A stretch of DNA of 64,000 nucleotides from assembly GCA_965204735.1 (NCBI GenBank), contig OZ242008.1, forward strand, positions 2,656,001-2,720,000, in the 5' to 3' direction. The stretch is from Longimicrobiales bacterium (GTDB taxonomy: Bacteria; Gemmatimonadota; Gemmatimonadetes; Longimicrobiales; Gaopeijiaceae). Position 1 is the first letter of the stretch, and every line of letters starts with the position of its first letter. Shown here piece after piece: positions 46,511-59,370 of this stretch. The notes under the pieces were generated by a model. The model worked only from the letters and a program-made list of their open reading frames with translations. It made no database searches and had not been told where the DNA came from. A program made the position numbers and the translations under genes.

Positions 46511-46551
46511 GCTGCTGGGAGCGCAAGACTTCCTTTGCATCCGGTCCACAT
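45406..46551 (-). CDS. Beta-propeller lipoprotein, copy A
   Basis: Lipobox ASGC, YGRPGPGPGEF; close paralog of copy B. Confidence 0.8.
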   Translation of the reverse strand: MWTGCKGSLALPAACCAALASGCGGGPDVVGNPPVGPLVLPVDSIPFEASDRVYLGNPFSLVVDTLDGSFLVSDFFEDRVLRFGRGGRVVQTYGRPGPGPGEFSDLGPTFVLDDSVIVGTDDRRKVFQLFSHDDGKYLGAYRYSGRIGLGGVSVTALGVVFASRDVAKKTIAAVWPYPDSAMAYMVPLPEPYVRSATRQDGGTGRYSAFRSAGSVVAWEDTMLVAMSGLNEAYLATTAGRVLDTLHVPAVRRRGVPDDIQQRLDDWGFRSAGFELSSAIRGFHRLGSGEIVVIHHDEVLKGVQPTGTISGDIYVTVVARDRQTACVDGLAPHWAEMRAVHTVARDTLFLLDRRLNASEDGLETLIRAYRIDTEGCMWLPVG

Positions 46552-46615
46552 CGGTCGTCCGAATCTATGTGCGATCCGGCCGTGGCCGCAAACCAGCCGC
46601 TTCCTCGGTCGCGGG

Positions 46616-47593
46616 CTACCGGGCGGCCAGCAGGGCGATCCCCGCGAACACCAGCGTCGCGCCCGCCGCGCGCACCTTGCCGAACCGCTCTCCCAGCAGC
46701 AGCCATCCCGCCAGAGCGCCGAAGACGACGCCCGACTCCCGGACCGCCCCCGCGTAGCTGACCGGCGCGATCCGGAACGCCTCGAGCACCAGCGCGTACG
46801 CGCCCAGGGTCATCGCGGCGACGGCGACGATGCGGAGCCAGTCGGTGCGGAGCACGTGAAGGGCGCGGCTTCGGCCTTCCCGGCCGGGTTCGGGGCCGGC
46901 GGCGCGGCTGGGCTCGGCGCCCGCGGCGCGGCCGGGCTCAGCGCCGCCGCGACCGGCCAGCGTCTCCCGCAGCGCGAGCAGGGGCACCAGGACCGACCCC
47001 GAGAGCGCGAACACCAGCACCAAGTACGGCAAGGGGGACCAGTGGCGGACGCCGGCCGCATCCACGGCCGTGTACACCGAGACCAGCAGCGCCACGAGGA
47101 ACGCGACGCCGGCGCCCCGAGCGTGAAAGCGGAGCGCTCGCAGCCGCGAGCCCCCGCCCTTTGCCTGCGCCGCGTCCGCCGCCAGCCACAGCGGCGCGCC
47201 GCCCACAACCGCCAGTCCCGCCAGGATCGTCGCGATGCCCGCGAGCCCAAGGGCGGACGGCCGCTCCCCCAGGAAGAGCGCGGCCCAGAGCGTCAGCAGG
47301 GCGGGCGCCGCGCCCCGGGCGACCGGGTAGACGAGCGAGAAGTCGCCCCGTTCGTAGGCGCGGGCCAGGCAGGCGTAGTACCCCAGCAGCACCGTCGCGC
47401 TGGCGCAGGCGAACGGCCACACCGACGCCGGAACGGGCCACGCCGCGATCAGCGCCGGCGAGAAGATCGCCGCGCCCGCGAGCAGCCCCCACGCAGCAAC
47501 CAGGAGGCGGTCGGACGCGCCCTTGAGGATCAGGTTCCAGGTCGCGTGAAGTGCGCCTGCGCCCAGGGCCAGCGCCAGCGCGGTCAGGGACAT
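46616..47593 (-). CDS. EamA/DMT family transporter
   Basis: ALHATWNLILK, AYERGDFSLVYPVARG, AVRESGVVFG; multiple TM helices. Confidence 0.88.
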   Translation of the reverse strand: MSLTALALALGAGALHATWNLILKGASDRLLVAAWGLLAGAAIFSPALIAAWPVPASVWPFACASATVLLGYYACLARAYERGDFSLVYPVARGAAPALLTLWAALFLGERPSALGLAGIATILAGLAVVGGAPLWLAADAAQAKGGGSRLRALRFHARGAGVAFLVALLVSVYTAVDAAGVRHWSPLPYLVLVFALSGSVLVPLLALRETLAGRGGAEPGRAAGAEPSRAAGPEPGREGRSRALHVLRTDWLRIVAVAAMTLGAYALVLEAFRIAPVSYAGAVRESGVVFGALAGWLLLGERFGKVRAAGATLVFAGIALLAAR

Positions 47594-47766
47594 CGAGACA
47601 GCGCAACCAGGGGGCGCGGAAGCGGGCGTCGGCCCCGCCCGGGATGCGCCAGCGCGGTCAGGGACATCGAGGCAGCGCGACGGGGCGCCCGCGCGGGAGG
47701 GGGTCCGGCCGAACCGGGCCAGCGTCTCCGTCCGTCCAGGGGCGCCCGCGCGGGAGGGGGTCCGGC
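47572..47766. repeat. Two short direct-repeat pairs upstream of the EamA gene
   Basis: 36-bp pair at 47572/47646 containing the start codon region; 28-bp pair ggggcgcccgcgcgggagggggtccggc at 47682/47739. Confidence 0.85.
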
Positions 47767-47826
47767 AAGCGACTGGGGCCCGGAGGCCGGCCTAGCGGGA
47801 CGGCGTGTCCAAAGCCGGCGCCTCGC

Positions 47827-49401
47827 CTACTCCGAGACCGGAGCCGACGCGCCCGAGGTTCGGTCGATGAACCGGTCCAAAGTCTCCTTCCACTGGGGCA
47901 GGAGGGACTGGTCCACGTACATCATGTGGCCCGCGGCGAAGTCGTCGCGGTGGACGTTGGCCCGCAGCTCGGGGGGCAAGCCCATGCGGTCGATCGTCCA
48001 CACCGCGGCGAAGTAGGGCGTCGCCAAGTCGTAGATGCCGTTGATCAGCAGGACTTCCAGCCGGGGGTTGCGCTTCATCGCCTCGGCCAGGTCGGGCGCG
48101 ACGTTGGGGGTTCCGCCGCCCCGCACGAAGGCGCCGCCAGCTCCTTGCCGCCCCCAGTTCCAGTCTCGGACTCCGCCGCTGGGCACGTACTCGCGGTCGC
48201 CGTCGTAGCCCAGCTCGGCGCGGACGTAGCTGTTGAACGCCGACGTGTACGCCGAGCTGATCGCGGTGGACTGGGGGTCGTGGGACGGACGAACTCCCAG
48301 CACGTCGCCGGCGGGACCGACGAAGCGGGAGTCGAGCCGGCCCACGATCTTGCCCTGGTCGCGCAGCAGCTCGGCCTCGAAGGCGGGGGCGGTCACGCGC
48401 AGGTCGGACTTCTCGATGAAGTCGCGGCTCAGGCCGGTGTAGCGGCGCATCTGCTCCGCCACGCGGGCGCGTGCGGCCGAATCCAACGTGGACCCCGCCA
48501 GGAGCGCGGTGGCGTACTCGGTGAGCGACCACTCCTCCACCTCCGCCATGAACGCCTCCAGGTCCTCCGGCCGGCCGTCGGGCAGGGCGTCCAGGTACCG
48601 GGCGGTCACCGCATACGAAGGCAGGTTGACGATGTACGGCAGGTCGTCGCCGGGGGCGAACTGGATCGTGTTGAACTGGAGGACCGAGGACACCAGCACG
48701 ATCCCGTTCAGGTCGATGTTGGCGCGCTGGAGGTGGCGGGCCAGCACCGCCGAGCGGGTCGTGCCGTAGCTCTCGCCCAGCAGGTAGCGGGGCGAGTTCC
48801 AGCGGTCGTGCTCGCTCAGGAAGCGGCGGACGAACTGGGCCAGCGAGCGGGCGTCCTCGTCGATTCCCCAGAAGTCGGCGCCCGGAGTGTCGCCCAAGGG
48901 CCGGCTGAAGCCGGTGCCGATCGGGTCCACCATCACCAGGTCGGCCTTGTCGAGGACCGTGTAGGCGTTGTCCTCCAGCGGGTACGGAGGCGCGCCCTGG
49001 GGACCGGCCTCGGGTGTGACCACCCGACGCGGACCCATGATCCCCATGTGGAGCCAGAACGACGCGGACCCGGGGCCGCCGTTGTAGGCGAAGACGAGGG
49101 GCCGCTCGCCGGAGGGCCGGCCGTTGGTGCGGAAGTAGGCCGTGTAGAAGAGCTCGGCGGCGGGAGCGCCGTCGGCGTCCTCCAAGAGCGTGCTGGCGAC
49201 CACGGCGTCGTAGGCGACGGTCTCGCCGCCGACCGCAATCGAGTGGCTGCTCTCCCAGCGGGCCGTTCCGATCTCGGCAACCGGCGCCGCTCCGCCTCGG
49301 GACGCGTCGTCGTTCTGGGCGGCGACCCAATCGGGAGCGACCAGAAGCCACGTTCCCAACAGCAGCGCCGCTCGTGCCCCCCGCCACCCGTCTCGTCCCA
49401 T
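47827..49401 (-). CDS. Serine carboxypeptidase, S10 family
   Basis: FAYNGGPGSAS, VDPIGTGFSR, GESYG, GRLDSRF, GIYDLATP, AGHMMY. Start 49401 or 49419. Confidence 0.9.
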   Translation of the reverse strand: MGRDGWRGARAALLLGTWLLVAPDWVAAQNDDASRGGAAPVAEIGTARWESSHSIAVGGETVAYDAVVASTLLEDADGAPAAELFYTAYFRTNGRPSGERPLVFAYNGGPGSASFWLHMGIMGPRRVVTPEAGPQGAPPYPLEDNAYTVLDKADLVMVDPIGTGFSRPLGDTPGADFWGIDEDARSLAQFVRRFLSEHDRWNSPRYLLGESYGTTRSAVLARHLQRANIDLNGIVLVSSVLQFNTIQFAPGDDLPYIVNLPSYAVTARYLDALPDGRPEDLEAFMAEVEEWSLTEYATALLAGSTLDSAARARVAEQMRRYTGLSRDFIEKSDLRVTAPAFEAELLRDQGKIVGRLDSRFVGPAGDVLGVRPSHDPQSTAISSAYTSAFNSYVRAELGYDGDREYVPSGGVRDWNWGRQGAGGAFVRGGGTPNVAPDLAEAMKRNPRLEVLLINGIYDLATPYFAAVWTIDRMGLPPELRANVHRDDFAAGHMMYVDQSLLPQWKETLDRFIDRTSGASAPVSE

Positions 49402-49796
49402 CGGCAAGCTTCGTCCCATCGGCAAGCTCTCCCATAGTTTCTGTGTGCGAATTCGGCTGTCGACGCGATGCGGCGACCAGCGTCCGGCCATGGGCCGTAC
49501 ACGCTTCGACACTATCGCCGCAACAGCGGAGCCCGCCAGGGATCGGTGCGCCAGACCACGCGCGACGACGAGGGCCAGGGCGATGTCGGGCACGAAGCGG
49601 CCGTCCGTCGCGCCCTCGCCTGCTGACGTGCGGCAGGGACCGTCCTTGGCTATCGTGGCAACGTGTCGGGGTGTTCCTTTTTTCCAGGAGGACGGAAACA
49701 GGTGACGGGCGACGGCAGGGGGAACACGGCTGGCCGCCGGAAGCGCCGCCCCGGGCAGCGTCCTCGGTACGTGCGCCCCGACGGCCAAGGCGGCGC

Positions 49797-50930
49797 GTGA
49801 GGGTTGCTCACGTCGCGCCCAGCGTCACCTCCATCGGCGGGCTGGAGTACTCGGTGCCTCGCCTGTGCGTGCGTCTGGCGGCCCGGGGACACCAGGTCGA
49901 GCTGCTTTCCCATGCCACGGAGCCGATCGAAGGCGTGACGGTCGACGCGTTCAGGGTGCTGTCCGTCTTCGAACCCTTCAAGGTGTCCGTCGCGCTGCCG
50001 CTCAAGCTGAGAAGGGTGGCGAAACGCAGCGAGCTCGTTCATGCCCACGGCGTCTGGACGATGGTCAGCATATCGGCGGGACTCGTCGTCCCGGGCCGCA
50101 ACGCCAAGTTCGTCTTGTCCCTTAGGGGAGGCGTGGGTCCCTGGACGCGGCACCGCAGAAGAGCGATCAAGAAGTGCCTTTGGCCGTTCCAGAGGCGAGG
50201 GCTCGAAAGAGCCGACCTGCTGCATGCCGCCTCGGTCATGGAGTACCGGTGGATCCGCGACGCGGGACTCGAGGCGCCGGTGGCGATCGTTCCCAACGCC
50301 GTGGACTTCCCGCGCGCGGGCTCGGCGGTCTCGGAAGTCCGCGGGAAGAGAGGAACGAAGACGCTGCTCTTCCTCAGTCGCTTGCATCCCGTGAAGGGCC
50401 TGGACCGTCTGCTTCGCTCGTGGAAGAGCATCCAGGACGAACACCGGGAGTGGCGACTGGTGGTCGCCGGGCACGGGCGGCCGAGCTACGAGCGGCGCAT
50501 AAGGGCCATGGCCTCGCAACTCGGGCTGGAACGCGCGGAGTTCGTGGGACCGCTGTACGGCGAGGCGAAGGCGCGGGCCTACTACGACGCCGACCTCTTC
50601 GTCCTGTCCTCCAACGGCGAGAACTTCGGCATCGTGGTGGCGGAAGCGCTGGCGCACGGGTGCCCGTGCGTAGTGAGCAAGAAGACCCCTTGGCGCGGAC
50701 TGCGCGACCACAAGGCCGGCTGGTGGATCGACCACGACGTGCCGGAGCTGGCGCGCACGCTCGCGAAGGCGATGGCGTTGCCCGACGCGACGCGACGCGA
50801 GATGGGACGACGGGGCCGCGCCTGGATGCGGCAGGACTTCCGCTGGAAGCCGGTCGTCGACAAGATGGAGGCCTCCTACCGGTGGCTGCTGGACGGAGGA
50901 GCGCCCCCCGAGTGGATCAGGCTGGACTGA
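49797..50930 (+). CDS. Glycosyltransferase family 4
   Basis: [40 protein letters not shown]. Confidence 0.9.
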   Translation: MRVAHVAPSVTSIGGLEYSVPRLCVRLAARGHQVELLSHATEPIEGVTVDAFRVLSVFEPFKVSVALPLKLRRVAKRSELVHAHGVWTMVSISAGLVVPGRNAKFVLSLRGGVGPWTRHRRRAIKKCLWPFQRRGLERADLLHAASVMEYRWIRDAGLEAPVAIVPNAVDFPRAGSAVSEVRGKRGTKTLLFLSRLHPVKGLDRLLRSWKSIQDEHREWRLVVAGHGRPSYERRIRAMASQLGLERAEFVGPLYGEAKARAYYDADLFVLSSNGENFGIVVAEALAHGCPCVVSKKTPWRGLRDHKAGWWIDHDVPELARTLAKAMALPDATRREMGRRGRAWMRQDFRWKPVVDKMEASYRWLLDGGAPPEWIRLD

Positions 50931-50967
50931 TGCGCGCCGGGGTTGCCGCCCCGGGCAGGCGGAGGGC

Positions 50968-54907
<3,940 letters not shown>

Positions 54908-54915
<8 letters not shown>

Positions 54916-56791
54916 CCTGGGCGAGATGCTCTCCGACGGGCGGGTCCACGTCGTGGACGGCGCCATGGGGACGATGCTCTACGCCCGCGGCGTCTTCATG
55001 AACGTCTGCTACGACGAGCTCAACGCCACCGACCCCGACCTGGTGGAGGACGTTCACGAGCAGTACGTCCGGGCGGGCGCCCAGATCGTCGAGACCAACA
55101 CCTTCGGCGCCAACCCGGTCAAGCTGTCGTCTTACGGGTTGGACGAGCGCACCGAGGAGCTGAACGCGCAGGCGGCCCGCCTCGCGCTGCGCGCCGCGGC
55201 GGGAAGGGCGTGCGTGGCTGGGGCGGTGGGACCGCTGGGAGTGCGGGTGGAGCCGCTGGGGCCGACGTCGCTGGCGGAGGCTCGCGAGTACTTCGGCCGA
55301 CAGGTGGACGGGCTGCTGGAGGGCGGCGTGGAGGGGTTCTTCCTGGAGACCTTTTCCGACTTGGCGGAGATGGAGCAGGCGTTCCTGGCGGTGCGGAGCA
55401 GGTGCGACCTGCCCGTCGTCGTGCAGGCGACCGTGGGCGAGGAGTGCGCGACCGGCTTCGGCGCCACGGTGGAGCAGGCGGCGCGGGCGGCCGAGGAGTG
55501 GGGCGCCGACGCGGCTGGGCTCAACTGCTCCGTGGGACCCGCCGTGATCCTGGACGGCGTCGAGCGCATGGCCGCGACGACCCGCCTTCCCCTTTCGGCC
55601 CAGCCCAACGCCGGACTCCCACGGGCCGTGGGCGACCGGAAGATGTACCTGGCGGGACCTGAGTACATGGCCATGTACGCTCGCCGGCTCATTCGGGCCG
55701 GCGCTCGGCTGGTCGGCGGGTGCTGCGGCACGACGCCCGAGCACGTTCGACGGATTCGGGAGGAGGTCGCTGCGATCCAGCCCCGGACGCCGCCGGTGCG
55801 GGTGGTCCGCGACTTGGCCGACCGCGCGGTCCGAGCCGGTCCGCCCCTCCGAGCCCGCTCCCGCCTCGGCGCCCGATTGGATTCGGAAGATTTCGTCGTC
55901 GCCGTCAGAACGACGCCTCCCCGGGGCTGGAACGCCTCTGAAATGGCGGCCGAGCGGCGGCGACTGGCCGAAGCCGGCGCTCATGTCGCCGTCGTGCACG
56001 AGGACCGCGCGGCAGCCCGAATGAGCACCGTGGCGGCGGCGGCCCTGGCGGCCGGCGACGGCGTCCTGGAGCCCGTCCTGCACTACACCTGCAGGGGCCG
56101 AACCCTCGCGGAGATGATCGGCGACCTGCTGGGCGCGGCGGCATCGGGCGCCCGCAACCTTCTGCTGGCCACCGGCGACCCCCACGCCGGCGGCCCCTAC
56201 CCCGCCTTCGGCGCCGGCTTGGAGATCGACGCGATCGGACTGGCCAACGTCGTGGCCGGGCTGAACACCGGCGTGGACCCGGCCGGCAACGAAGTGGGGG
56301 AGCCCACCGGGTTCGTCGCCGGCGTCGTCGTCAACCAAGGCGCTCGGGACCGGGCGCAGGAGGTGGAGCGGTTCCACTGGAAGGTGGAGGCGGGGGTCCA
56401 CTACGCGGTCGCCCGGTCGGTCTTCGACGCCGATCACCTCTTGGCGTTCCTCGACGAGGCAAGGGCGGCGACGACGGACGGAGCGGGCGTTCCCGTGCTG
56501 GCCACGATCCGCCTCCTGGAGAACGCCACCCAGGCCGAGTTCCTCCAGAACGAGGTCCCGGGCGTCCACGTGCCGGAGCGCGTGGTGGAGCGGATGCGCC
56601 GGGCCGAGGCGCAGGGACCCCGGCACGCCTTGGCCGAGGGCTTGGAAGTTGCGCGAGAGGTGGTCGACGCGCTGGGCCGCCGCGTTGCCGGAGTGCAGGT
56701 GGTGGCGCCCTCCGCACGGGCCGAGGCGTTCGTCGGCGAGATCAAGCAGGCCCTGGCGTCCGGCGACCGAGTTCCCGCATGTGCGGAATGA
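54908..56791 (+). CDS. Bifunctional homocysteine S-methyltransferase / MTHFR-domain protein (YitJ-like)
   Basis: [42 protein letters not shown], then MTHFR-like [18 protein letters not shown]. Confidence 0.88.
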
Positions 56792-56798
56792 GCGGCGT

Positions 56799-56886
56799 TT
56801 CCTCCATTATGGTGGCGTTTTGCCACCGTTCTGCATCCAAAATGGCGCCGTTTTGGTAGTAAAATGGTAGCAAAATGGTAGTACTT
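56799..56886. repeat. Second 11-bp-period array, mixed orientation
   Basis: ttcctccatta tggtggcgttt tgccaccgttc tgcatccaaaa tggcgccgttt tggtagtaaaa tggtagcaaaa tggtagtactt. Confidence 0.82.
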
Positions 56887-56939
56887 GTTCGAGGGAGGGC
56901 ACATGGTCGGCTCGAACCCAAGCTGGCTTCGGACCGCGG

Positions 56940-57833
56940 CTACGCGAGCCGCGCCATGAGCGCCGGGGCGTCCCGAACCCCCAGGTTGCAGACGTACACC
57001 TTCTCGGCGCCGGCGTCCCGGAGGGCCCGGATCGTCTTGGCGCACACCTCGACCGGGCCGTCCCCGGCGGCGAACTCGCGGGCGACTTCGTTGGCCGGCA
57101 CGGGGAAGAAGCGGCCCAGCTGCTTCAGCGTGCGAGGGTTCGGGCTGCGGTAGAGGAAGACGCCGTGGACCACGGGCAGCGCGACTCCTCGCCGGGCCAG
57201 CTCCGAGTGGAAGCGCTCGACCCGGGCAAGGGAATGGCGGGAGACGACCTGGGTGAGCACGTAGTCCGCCGCGAAGTCTTCTCCGGCGACGAAGCGGGCC
57301 TGCTCGGCCGGTTCCCGGTGAGGGTTCGCCCACCCCCCCAGCGCCATCCCGGGCTGGTCCGCCCGCAGGATGCGCCGCAGGTCTTGGCCGTGGGGCACGC
57401 AGCGGGGAGCGCCCCCCGAGCGGTCGCCGCCCACCACCGTCACGCCCGCCACGCCCAGGTCGGCCGCCCGCCGGGCGAAGAGGCGGCAGTACTCCAGCGG
57501 GTGCTTGCACGTCAGAAAGGGGAGCACGTGGCCGAAGGGACCGCCGGCCGCCGCCCCGGGGTTCGTTCCGCCGGTCGCCCGAGGGGCGGGTTCGGCCCCC
57601 AAGTTCGCCGCCAAGTGGGCCAAGCTCTCCTCTTCCCGGTCGCCCACGGCGTCGTCGGTGAGGAGGATGAACGTCCCTTGACCCGCCAGGCGCCGCAGGG
57701 CGTGGTGCATGTCGATCCACACGTCCATGCTCCGCGCCGCGTCCAAGCCGGACCGGGGCGGCCGCAGCTCGACGGCGACCATCGGGCCGGGCTCGGACAG
57801 GCGCTGAAGAAACCGGGATGCGCCGGTGGTCAT
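56940..57833 (-). CDS. Methylenetetrahydrofolate reductase-like protein (divergent)
   Basis: VAVELRPPR, LTDDAVG, PFLTCKH, VVGGD, GGWANP, YVLTQVV. ATG overlaps the pepP stop. Confidence 0.65.
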   Translation of the reverse strand: MTTGASRFLQRLSEPGPMVAVELRPPRSGLDAARSMDVWIDMHHALRRLAGQGTFILLTDDAVGDREEESLAHLAANLGAEPAPRATGGTNPGAAAGGPFGHVLPFLTCKHPLEYCRLFARRAADLGVAGVTVVGGDRSGGAPRCVPHGQDLRRILRADQPGMALGGWANPHREPAEQARFVAGEDFAADYVLTQVVSRHSLARVERFHSELARRGVALPVVHGVFLYRSPNPRTLKQLGRFFPVPANEVAREFAAGDGPVEVCAKTIRALRDAGAEKVYVCNLGVRDAPALMARLA

Positions 57834-59338
57834 CCCGCCGCCATCTCCTCCATCGCCTCCGCGTCGACGGGCAGGTCGCTGGTCAGCACGTCCGCCCCGT
57901 CCTCTTCGATCAGCACATCGTCCTCGATCCGGATCCCGATCCCCTCCAGCTCGGGGACTCGGGCGCAGCTCCCTGGGGAGAAGTACACTCCGGGCTCGAC
58001 CGTGAACGCCATCCCGGGCGCCAGCGCCACGGGCTCGGGCGCGCCTGGCTCGGACGCTGCGGACCGGAGCTGCGACGCCTCCGCCGTCAGGGCCGGTTCG
58101 GGTCGTCGGCCCGCCCGGTACGCCCCGACGTCGTGCACGTCCAGGCCCAGCCAGTGCGAGGTCTGATGGGGAAACCAGCGCCGGTACGCCCCGGTCTCCA
58201 CCGCTTCGGCAGGCGTCCCGCGCAGCACCCCCAGCGCCACGAGCCCTTCGGCCACCGCTCGCGCCGCCGCCTCGTGGACCTCCTGCAGCGCCGCCCCGGG
58301 CCGGCACGCCGCCAGCGCCGCCCGACGAGCCCCCAGCACCACCTCGTACGCTTCCCGCGCCGCACCCTCGATCCGCCGCGACGCGGGCGCCGTCCGCGAG
58401 ACGTCGGCGGCGCAGCACTCCACCTCGGCGCCCGCGTCCACCAGCACCATCTCGCCCGGCCCGATCCGGGAGTCGTTGGCCGTGTAGTGGAGGGTGCAGG
58501 CGTTCGCCCCGCTGGCGGCGATCGTCGCAAAGGCCGGGCCGTCGGCGCCCCGTCGCCGGAACCCCGCCTCCACCGCCGCCTCCACCTCCCACTCCCCCGC
58601 CCCCGGCCGCACCACGGCCAGCCCTTCCCGAAAGGCGGCCGTCGTGATCCGCGCCGCCTCCCGCAGCCGGGCCGTCTCCGCCTCGTCCTTGCGCAGCCGC
58701 AGGTCGTCCAGGATCAGGCCCGGGTCCAGCACGCCGACCAGCCCGCGGCCGGTGCGCGGTCGCCGCCTCCGACCGTCCTGGAGCCCCGCCAGCACCACCC
58801 GGTCGCACGCCTCCGACGCCCCGAAGCGGTAGTAGGCCAAGTCGGCCCCCCGCAGCAGATCCGGCGCGCGGGCGGGGAGCTCCTCCAGCGCGAACACCGC
58901 GTCGGCCCCGCACTCGGCCTCGACGGCCCCCAGCTCCGCGCGCGGACCCGTCCACAGCTCCTTCTCCTCGTCGCGTCCCTCCACGAAGAGCACGAACCGC
59001 CTCCGGTCCGCGAACCCCCGCAGCACGGCCACGCACCCGGGCGCCTTCCAGCCGGTCAGGTAGAAGAGTTCCGAGTCCGGCCGGTAGCGGTACTCCGAGT
59101 CGGCGTTCTTGAAGCGCAGCGGGGACGCCGGCAGGACCATGGCGCCGCCCCTCAGCGCCGCAAGCGCCGACTCCCGCCGCCCAGCGAACGGCAACGGGGG
59201 CAGCCCAGCCAGGCGTCGGCCCTTCGCCGCTCGCCCGTCCTCGTCCCAGCCCGTTCCGTCCGCCGACGGGTCCAGCGCTCCGGCGACACGTCCGCCCTTC
59301 GCCGCCTGCCCGTCGGCCCCCGCCGACGCCGCCGTCAT
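57830..59338 (-). CDS. pepP: Xaa-Pro aminopeptidase (M24B)
   Basis: YRPDSELFYLTG, NACTLHY, VDAGAE, ADVSRT, SHWLGLDVHD, TVEPGVY, GIRIEDD. Confidence 0.9.
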   Translation of the reverse strand: MTAASAGADGQAAKGGRVAGALDPSADGTGWDEDGRAAKGRRLAGLPPLPFAGRRESALAALRGGAMVLPASPLRFKNADSEYRYRPDSELFYLTGWKAPGCVAVLRGFADRRRFVLFVEGRDEEKELWTGPRAELGAVEAECGADAVFALEELPARAPDLLRGADLAYYRFGASEACDRVVLAGLQDGRRRRPRTGRGLVGVLDPGLILDDLRLRKDEAETARLREAARITTAAFREGLAVVRPGAGEWEVEAAVEAGFRRRGADGPAFATIAASGANACTLHYTANDSRIGPGEMVLVDAGAEVECCAADVSRTAPASRRIEGAAREAYEVVLGARRAALAACRPGAALQEVHEAAARAVAEGLVALGVLRGTPAEAVETGAYRRWFPHQTSHWLGLDVHDVGAYRAGRRPEPALTAEASQLRSAASEPGAPEPVALAPGMAFTVEPGVYFSPGSCARVPELEGIGIRIEDDVLIEEDGADVLTSDLPVDAEAMEEMAAG

Positions 59339-59370
59339 GGTCCGCCGCCTCGCCGCCGGGGCGTCCTGCG

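Noticed and set aside
44216..46549. 777-aa fusion ORF
   Set aside because: The upstream half is an alternative frame of copy A; copy B has its own ATG and signal peptide at 45361.
49440..50967. SAM or cobalamin riboswitch upstream of metH
   Set aside because: metH follows the GT4 gene by 37 bp, and no riboswitch consensus was recognisable there or upstream of GT4.
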